The notes under the pieces were generated by a model. The model was not told the origin of the DNA. It ran no database searches and worked only from the letters and a program-made list of their open reading frames with translations. From positions 1 through 27,644 of IMG/VR virus record IMGVR_UViG_3300037461_000749: a stretch of 27,644 nt of DNA. One strand, 5' to 3'. This stretch comes from a virus. Its lineage: Duplodnaviria > Caudoviricetes. This document shows positions 1-6,705 of the stretch, in pieces. The position numbers were made by a program, and so were the translations under genes. Each line of letters opens with the position of its first letter. Within the stretch, counting starts at the first letter, position 1.

Positions 1-3000
1 TCTGGGCCACCGCGAATTGCCACGCGGCCACCTCGCGCGCCATGCCCTCACTGACCTTCTCACCCGCAACAATCTGCGCGGGATGAATCACGTGCTCCCC
101 GGCCCGCGCATCATCTCTCGGGTCTTTGGTGATCGCGTGGCCGATTTCATGCAGCAGCGTGCTCACCACGTCGAACCGCGTCGCGGGATCCTTCAGGTCG
201 TCAGGCTTCAGTTCCTTGGGCTTGCGCGGGGCGCTCCACTGGCTCCAGTCCTGCTCCGTCGGCTCATACTCCCCGCCGCGCAAGACCAGCGTGATGCGGC
301 CACGCGGCATCACCGCGTGCAGCCCTCCGGCCAGCGTCACGCGCATTTTGCCGTACTGGATCTGACTCTTCGCCAGCGGGTCTACGATCACCCCAGCAAT
401 GTCCTTGACCGGCTCGGGCTGCTCCGTGATGTAGACCTCAAGGCCCGCCCGTCGCGCGAGCGTCACCGCCGCCCGCAAATACTGGGGCACGGCTTTGCTG
501 TCACTGGATCCGGGGTAGAACTCGAACAGTCGCGCGTTCTCTTTCCACGCCGACTCCTGCTTCTGGTGCCCCTCCCATCGCTTGCCCATGCCCACCGCGA
601 GATGGTATTTCGGCCCGAAGTCGTCGCCGGGCATCTCGCCCTGCGCTGTCTGGAGCGCCCGGTCCAGCCAGTCCTCGATGGCTCGCTGGGTGCTCCCCAG
701 ATAGGCCGGGGCGAGGTATTCGAAGCTCGTCTTTGCTAGCAGCTTGTGGAGCGGCTCGGGTTTCGAGGGTGCCGTGGACTTCTTCCCCGTGGCCGCCAGA
801 ATCGGCGAGGAGTGCGAGCGCCACGTGTCCTCGATCTTCTCGACCCGCTTGAGGATGTGCGGGGGGATTTCCCCCGGCGTGTCCGTCATACCCGCGCCCG
901 GCCCATCCTTGCGGTAGAAGTTCACGAGCGTCTTGCGCACGTCCCTGATCTTCTCGGTCATCTTTTGCTCAAGGACCGCGATGCGCTCGGGGCCAGTCTT
1001 GCGCAGCAGGAGGTCGGTTTCCTCCTCGGGCGTCAGCAGCGACCGAATGTTCATCACGAACTGTTCGTAGGACCGGGCGTAGATGCGCCGCCCCGTCAGG
1101 CGCTCCGTGATGCGCCGCGCCTGAGACTCCACCAGCCCTTCCTCGATATACGGCGCGTCGGCGTACTGGAGGTCCGCCAGCGCCTTGGTGGTCGTATAGG
1201 GCAAGCTGGTGGGTCGCCCGATGGCGCTCTGACTGTGCAACATCTCATGCACGGTCGCATTGAGGGCCGCCTCGTAGTCGCGACGCACGGACGGGTCAAA
1301 ATCGTAGGCTGGAGCTTTCCGCAAGAGCCATTGACGCAGCGCTTGGCTGTTCTGCTGACTCAACGAGAAGGCATCCTGACCGCGCCAGTAGCACCCGCCA
1401 TACAGCGTGTCGATGGTCCCGTTCCCAATGACCGGTAACGGAAGGCAATGTCCAATCCCGGCTCGCGCGAACTCGTCGCTGATGAGCCGCACCACCGCCC
1501 CGAGCACCGCCTCACGCTCTAGCGTGATCGCGTCCACGCTCGGCTTGTTCGTGCGGAACTTGCTGAGCCGTGTCCGCGCAATGTCCTCCGCGTTGAAGTC
1601 CAGCGCAAGCGGCGACGGCGAGTTCGCCGCCAACACCGGCTGAATCGCGTCCAAATCCACCGCATCCGCTGGCCTGCCGTGCGCCTCGGCGTGGACGAGA
1701 TTCATGGGATTGGTCGGCAGCGGCGTCGGCCCGAACTTCTCCACCAGCATGGCATCGCGCACCACCTGCGCCATGTCGCTCGGCGCAAGCCCGCGTCGTA
1801 TCGTGAAGCTGTCGAGGTAGTAGGCGGGCGGCAGCGGCACGGTGCGTCCGGTGCCCGCCTTCTCGTGAATGCCGGACACGTCCACGGGAGGCTCGACCTT
1901 CTCCTCCTCCTTCGCTTTCACTCCGCGCTCAGCCTTCTCCTTCTTGTCCTTTTTGACGTGCCCCGCCCAGCGCGCGCCCATCCCCACCGCGAGATGACAA
2001 GGGCGGTTTGCCGGGACACCCGGCAACGGAGCTGTCTCAGCACCCCGCTGTCCCGCCCCCATCGCGAGGTCGTGCTGCTCGCCGGAATTTACGACCGTCA
2101 GGTTCTTGGGGTCGAACACCACCAACTGGTCGCCGCCGATGGCCCGCCACAACCCGTCATAGTTCTCGCCCGCGATGGGCAGGAACTCGCGACTCTTGAT
2201 GAGGATGCCGTCATAGCCGAAGCGTTGCAGAATGCCAGTAATGGCAGCGGGGTAGAAGTACATCCAGCCGTGGGACGCGCTGGGTCCGACACGGGCCGCG
2301 TCGTCTGCCGACAACGCCTGCGCCGCCGCCTCGGCCTCCACCCTGAGTGCGTTCCACCCCGGCATGCCTTTGTCCCGCGCGAGGCGCGTGAGCACGAGGT
2401 TCGCCATGTTCGTCCCTTTAGGGGCGGCCACGTCTTCGTCGGTGAGCACGATGGGGTTCTTGATGTTGGCCATCACGCGCAGCACGACCGCCTCTTTCCC
2501 CATGCTCTGCTTGTAATCCTGCCAGTAGTCGCCGCTATCCGGCTGAATCCCGACGTAGACGCCATCGCCCCACACGCGCCCGACGGACATGCGATCCAGC
2601 GAGAACCCCTCGCGCTGGATGCGGTCGGCGGCCCGCTCGCTCACCGCCACCGCTCCCACCTTGGCGTAGGCCGACCCCTTCGCCCACCGCTTGGCTTCTT
2701 TGAGCGACATGGTGGGCCGCCATCCGGCAGCGGAGGTCGGCTCGTCCTTCGCGTGCCCTGCCCACCGTTTGCCCATCCCCACCGCGAGATCGAAGTATTC
2801 GCCCAGCGCCGAGGGAATACTCAGGTTGACACCCGGCTTCTTCCGCTCCTTGGCCGCCAGCGCCTCAAACAGCCGCTCGGCGTAGGCCCGGTCGGTCCCC
2901 GCCCGGTAGGTCACCAACTCCTCGCCCTCGTAGACCGGTGAAATCACCGCGTCGTACTTCTTCGCCAGCGCCGAGTAGGCCACCACCGTGTGCCACTGGT

Positions 3001-5095
3001 CGCTCATGCCGGACGTGTCCTGCCCCAGCGCCGCCGCGAACTTCTTCACGTAGGGGTCGGGGATCATCAGCTCCAGCTCCAGCGCCCCCGTCACGTCGCT
3101 GTTCCCGGCCTTGCGGAACGACTTCACGGTGCGTGCCGCGCCGCGCACGGCTCGCGCCCCATACCACGCCCGATATGCCTCGGGATCTTCCGGCGGCTCC
3201 TTGGTGTGCCACTTCTTGGAGAACGCCGCTTGCACCATCGCGTCGCCAATCTTTCGGGCGGACGCGATCCCCTCCTCCACCAGCTCGGGCGCGTCGCGTT
3301 CCAACTGGCGGAACGCCACATGAATCAGCTCATGGGTGAGGCTGGCCTCGTTGGGAATCTTGCCCTTGGCATAGAGAATCTTGAAGCCGTTGAGCGTGGC
3401 GGCAGCCGCCTGCGCCATCGCCGACTTCAGGAACGGCGGCACGTCGGTGAGGTCGATTTCCTGAATGAGCGGGTAGGTGTCGTTCTCCGCCCACCGCTGC
3501 TCCAGCCACTCCTGCGCCGGACTCGGCAGCGCGGTGATCGCCTGCCGCAACGCTACGGCAAACTCTCGGGAGAATCGTCCGCTGCCTTCACGCTCAGTAA
3601 TCCATCGATCCGCCTCTGGTCGGAGGGGAGGTGGACCCGTTGCATCAGCATCGCCGCCAGTGTGCCCGTCGGATCCGTCAGCCCCCGCGCTCGGAGGTAG
3701 CGTTGCACCCGCTCCCCCTTCGCGATCAGTTCCTGCGTCAGCTGATCCATGCCCAGCCCCCTTCACATGCCCGGCCCAGCGCTGCCCCATGCCCACGGAC
3801 AGGGACAGCACCTCAATCGGGCCATCGCCATACCCCGACAGCCGAGGCCCGGCCGACTGCTCAGGCTGGTGGCCTTTCCGCTTGAGGGCGTCCCATACGC
3901 GGGTCGCATCCGCCGTGCGCTTGTCGGGATAGGACACGATGCCCTTTTTCCCCAGCCACTTCGCCACCGCCATCGCCGTCAGCAGCATGTCTTGCCCGAG
4001 TCCTCGCCCCCGTCGCTCCGGCGTTACATGCGCGATAGAGATCAGCAGGTGGTCAGGGTGCTCGGGGGACACCACCAGCTCCAGCATCCGATTCCACATC
4101 GGGAGTAAACCACTTGCCGAGGGTGCGTCCCTCCAGTACAAGGTCAGCGTGGTCGCGACGCCGGGTTTCTCGCGCGCATACTCGCCGTCCGGGCCGACCG
4201 CGTTCACCTGCACAGACACGCCCTTGAGTTCGGGCGGCAGTTCTTTCCCGACCACCGCCACCAACGCTTGCATCGAGTTGGAGAGCGGCGACTCGGGATC
4301 GAGGCGGCCCACCGGCGTGAATGCCTCGGGGTCGTAGGTGCCAGCATGCGAGAGGGCGCTCGTAGGCACAAAACCGAATTCGCCCGGTCCGCCCGCGCGC
4401 GCCATCTCGGGAATGAAGGTCAGCTCCTGCGTCGGGTCCAAGAGGGCGGCCACGCCGCGAGGGACGTGCCCCGCCCAGCGTTGGCCCATGCCCACGGCGA
4501 GGTCCACTTGAGGCTGCACCACGCGAATCTGCGCCGGGTCGAACGCGACATAGTCACGTTCGCTTCTCCCGCGATAGGGAAAGAGTGTGACTTCAATGCC
4601 GTCCTTCCCTTGCCGCATGAGGAAGTCGCGCCACGCGAGGAAGTCGTCTTCCGTCAGGTCGTCAAGGGGTTTCTCGCAATAGTCCGCCGCCGCCGCGTTC
4701 ACCGCCGCCGATGCGTCGGCGTCCCACTCCTTACCGCGCAATCGCTCTGGATTCTTGACGGCAAGATGCGCTTCCACCACGCGCCCGCGCTTCCCCGCGT
4801 AGAGGCTCTCCGCCTTGCCAAGGTCGGTCGTGAAGAAGATGCCCAGCACGCCGTTCTTCGCGCCCGTGCTCGTCGTAAGCGTATCTCCGCCGTGACGCGT
4901 TTCGAACTGGTCAAAGGCGACGCTGGTGCCGTGGTACAGCGAAAGCGGCGCACCGTCATCGTCTACCACCACATCGGTGGTATGCCCTTCCCACCGTTTG
5001 CCCATGCCCACGGCGAGGTCGAAGGGGTCAGCGCCAGCGCCGAAAGGGGCGAGGGGGCAGGCCACCCCCGAGGCCCGAGAGCGAGAGGGTGCCAT
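1..5095 (-). CDS. Giant polyvalent effector polyprotein (>=1698 aa, 3' end beyond left edge): ART - GNAT - HExxH peptidase - ART - HExxH peptidase - HExxH peptidase, each domain preceded by the LAVGMGxRWxGH motif
   Basis: Hand translation gives no stop from ATG 5095 to position 2. ART1 (~4510-4980): VVDDDGAPLSLYHGT..GIFFT..KNP..GKDGI..YVAFDPAQI. GNAT (~3830-4130): VTPERRGRGLG..DATRVWDALKRKG. HELIH at 3320-3334. ART2 (~2095-2730): IQREGF..GRVWGDGVY..GYDGI..QLVVFDPKN. HEMLH at 1235-1249 followed by IEEGLVE. HEIGH at 137-151 followed by EVAAW. Start uncertain (ATG 5095 or GTG 5065). Confidence 0.9.
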   Translation of the reverse strand, partial: MAPSRSRASGVACPLAPFGAGADPFDLAVGMGKRWEGHTTDVVVDDDGAPLSLYHGTSVAFDQFETRHGGDTLTTSTGAKNGVLGIFFTTDLGKAESLYAGKRGRVVEAHLAVKNPERLRGKEWDADASAAVNAAAADYCEKPLDDLTEDDFLAWRDFLMRQGKDGIEVTLFPYRGRSERDYVAFDPAQIRVVQPQVDLAVGMGQRWAGHVPRGVAALLDPTQELTFIPEMARAGGPGEFGFVPTSALSHAGTYDPEAFTPVGRLDPESPLSNSMQALVAVVGKELPPELKGVSVQVNAVGPDGEYAREKPGVATTLTLYWRDAPSASGLLPMWNRMLELVVSPEHPDHLLISIAHVTPERRGRGLGQDMLLTAMAVAKWLGKKGIVSYPDKRTADATRVWDALKRKGHQPEQSAGPRLSGYGDGPIEVLSLSVGMGQRWAGHVKGAGHGSADAGTDREGGAGATLPPSAGADGSDGHTGGDADATGPPPLRPEADRWITEREGSGRFSREFAVALRQAITALPSPAQEWLEQRWAENDTYPLIQEIDLTDVPPFLKSAMAQAAAATLNGFKILYAKGKIPNEASLTHELIHVAFRQLERDAPELVEEGIASARKIGDAMVQAAFSKKWHTKEPPEDPEAYRAWYGARAVRGAARTVKSFRKAGNSDVTGALELELMIPDPYVKKFAAALGQDTSGMSDQWHTVVAYSALAKKYDAVISPVYEGEELVTYRAGTDRAYAERLFEALAAKERKKPGVNLSIPSALGEYFDLAVGMGKRWAGHAKDEPTSAAGWRPTMSLKEAKRWAKGSAYAKVGAVAVSERAADRIQREGFSLDRMSVGRVWGDGVYVGIQPDSGDYWQDYKQSMGKEAVVLRVMANIKNPIVLTDEDVAAPKGTNMANLVLTRLARDKGMPGWNALRVEAEAAAQALSADDAARVGPSASHGWMYFYPAAITGILQRFGYDGILIKSREFLPIAGENYDGLWRAIGGDQLVVFDPKNLTVVNSGEQHDLAMGAGQRGAETAPLPGVPANRPCHLAVGMGARWAGHVKKDKKEKAERGVKAKEEEKVEPPVDVSGIHEKAGTGRTVPLPPAYYLDSFTIRRGLAPSDMAQVVRDAMLVEKFGPTPLPTNPMNLVHAEAHGRPADAVDLDAIQPVLAANSPSPLALDFNAEDIARTRLSKFRTNKPSVDAITLEREAVLGAVVRLISDEFARAGIGHCLPLPVIGNGTIDTLYGGCYWRGQDAFSLSQQNSQALRQWLLRKAPAYDFDPSVRRDYEAALNATVHEMLHSQSAIGRPTSLPYTTTKALADLQYADAPYIEEGLVESQARRITERLTGRRIYARSYEQFVMNIRSLLTPEEETDLLLRKTGPERIAVLEQKMTEKIRDVRKTLVNFYRKDGPGAGMTDTPGEIPPHILKRVEKIEDTWRSHSSPILAATGKKSTAPSKPEPLHKLLAKTSFEYLAPAYLGSTQRAIEDWLDRALQTAQGEMPGDDFGPKYHLAVGMGKRWEGHQKQESAWKENARLFEFYPGSSDSKAVPQYLRAAVTLARRAGLEVYITEQPEPVKDIAGVIVDPLAKSQIQYGKMRVTLAGGLHAVMPRGRITLVLRGGEYEPTEQDWSQWSAPRKPKELKPDDLKDPATRFDVVSTLLHEIGHAITKDPRDDARAGEHVIHPAQIVAGEKVSEGMAREVAAWQFAVAQ
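3553..3750 (-). CDS. Putative 65-aa gene nested in an alternative frame inside the giant ORF
   Basis: ATG preceded by GAAGGGGG; product looks helical (MDQLTQELIAKGERVQRYLRARG), whereas the main frame here is a low-complexity G/A/D/P linker. Confidence 0.45.
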   Translation of the reverse strand: MDQLTQELIAKGERVQRYLRARGLTDPTGTLAAMLMQRVHLPSDQRRIDGLLSVKAADDSPESLP

Positions 5096-6536
5096 GCTCC
5101 ACGAGCGTTTTCGCCGCCAACTCGGCGTCGTATTCCTGCTGAAGCGCGGCCCGCTGGTCGGGGGGCGCCTTCTTCATCGCTTGCGCGATGGTGAACAGCC
5201 GGTTGTCGCCGTCGTACTTCGCGTAGGCGGACAGCAGCGGGGCGCCCTTGAACATCCGGGTCTTCACGAGGTCGAAGATGCGGTTGGGCTTGGACCCATA
5301 CTCGGGGTCGGCCACCGCCAGCCGCAAGTAGTCGGGCGGCACGAGCCGGTTGACGACCTTCTCCTCCCCATGCACCATCACCGTCTCGCCCTTGATGAAC
5401 CGCAGGATGTTGCGTTCCATCGCCAGCGACATTGGCACATCGACCACGCGCATCTCGACGCGATACCCCGCGCCCCGGAAGGTCTCCATCGTCGCCACGG
5501 TGCCGCTCATGGGCTGAAGGTGGCCTTCCGCTTCTTCCACGCCCACCCGCCCCTGCACCCCGTCGTCCACGACGTTCATGCCGTGGGCAATCGCGTAGGC
5601 CATCGCCATCTGCGCCAGCTCGGACGACTCCCGATGCACCTCGGCGGCGTTATCCCCGGTGTACTCGGGCAGGTAGGTCTTGAAGGTGTCTGAGCTGATG
5701 ACCAGCTTGTTGGTGAGATCGAGGCGCTTGTCGATGAAGGTCGTTTTTCCCGCCGCCGGAGGGCCGCCGACGAAGATCACCACCGGGTCGTCCACGAACT
5801 GCGGGATCGGCTTCCCGGCCTTGGCCTCTTGGTCGCGGAGCCACTGCGCGAGAATGTCGGCGTGCAGCGCCTTCCGCGCCGGATCGAGCTTGCCGGTCGC
5901 CGGGTCGCTGTAGCGCCGCAGGGTGTCGTCGTCCCCGTACTTCGCCTGCCGCGCCAACGCCTTGGCGATCTGTTTGGCGTACTGCTTCTCGATGGCGGAC
6001 GTGTGTGCGCTCGTCAAAATGTCGTGCTCCGCCCGCGCCACCTCGTCCGCCGTCGGGTTGTAGTCCTTGGGTTCCCCCTTGGTGTGGCCCGCCCACCGCA
6101 TCCCCATCCCGACCGCCAGATGCAGGCCCACCGGTGCCTCGTCCAGCACCTGCCACCCGCCCATCTTCCGCACAGACGCGCCGCGACGCTGAAGCGCATC
6201 CCAGAACCGGCGTCCGGCCCCACGACTCACCAGCCCCGTGGCAATCGACACACTCGGCTCATCCGCCCCCTGCGCCACGGCCAACGCCGACAGGACCAGC
6301 TGGCGCCCCCGCCCCCGCTGGCGCGAGGGCTTCTCCACATGGAGGTGGGTGATGGTGTAGCGCGTGGGTGCGCCCGGCAGGTGCTCCGCCAGAATCAGCT
6401 CGCCGCCCGGCGCCGACAGCCGAAAGCCATCGGGCCGCTTCTCCACGGACACGCCCGAGATCGCGGGAATGGCCGCGTCGGGCTTGATCTGCCCACCGAC
6501 CCAGAAGGCAAGGTCGAACGGTTGCGCTGTCGGCAT
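5028..6536 (-). CDS. GNAT acetyltransferase-like domain + motif + Zeta-toxin-like P-loop kinase
   Basis: N-part: LHVEKPSRQRGRGRQLV..GRRFWDALQRRG. C-part: Walker A GGPPAAGKTT, ISSDTFKTYLPEY, VHRESS, MNVVDDG, GYRVEMRVVDVP..AMER, as in Zeta/PezT-like kinases. Confidence 0.85.
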   Translation of the reverse strand: MPTAQPFDLAFWVGGQIKPDAAIPAISGVSVEKRPDGFRLSAPGGELILAEHLPGAPTRYTITHLHVEKPSRQRGRGRQLVLSALAVAQGADEPSVSIATGLVSRGAGRRFWDALQRRGASVRKMGGWQVLDEAPVGLHLAVGMGMRWAGHTKGEPKDYNPTADEVARAEHDILTSAHTSAIEKQYAKQIAKALARQAKYGDDDTLRRYSDPATGKLDPARKALHADILAQWLRDQEAKAGKPIPQFVDDPVVIFVGGPPAAGKTTFIDKRLDLTNKLVISSDTFKTYLPEYTGDNAAEVHRESSELAQMAMAYAIAHGMNVVDDGVQGRVGVEEAEGHLQPMSGTVATMETFRGAGYRVEMRVVDVPMSLAMERNILRFIKGETVMVHGEEKVVNRLVPPDYLRLAVADPEYGSKPNRIFDLVKTRMFKGAPLLSAYAKYDGDNRLFTIAQAMKKAPPDQRAALQQEYDAELAAKTLVEHGTLSLSGLGGGLPPRPFRRWR

Positions 6537-6543
6537 GGTGCCC

Positions 6544-6705
6544 TCACGTGGTCACGCGCAAATGAGACTCTCTCCACAGGCCATCGCCGACGGTGTAGCG
6601 CACGATGCCGTCCGAGTCGATGCGATAGATGCGACCAGCGAACGTCCACTGGTCCCACCCCTCGGGGATCCGCAGCACGGTGCGTCCGTCTTGCAGGCGA
6701 CGCAT
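6544..6705 (-). CDS. Small hypothetical protein (53 aa, MRRLQDGRTVLRIPEGWDQWTFAGRIYRID...)
   Basis: Not in the ORF track; TGATG overlap with the upstream stop; fills the gap before the next gene's RBS. Confidence 0.6.
   Translation of the reverse strand: MRRLQDGRTVLRIPEGWDQWTFAGRIYRIDSDGIVRYTVGDGLWRESHLRVTT

Noticed and set aside
1-5095. Stop-codon recoding or a pseudogene to explain the apparently gene-free left 5 kb
   Set aside because: The frame is fully open in the standard code; TAG, TGA and TAA all terminate genes normally elsewhere in the window.
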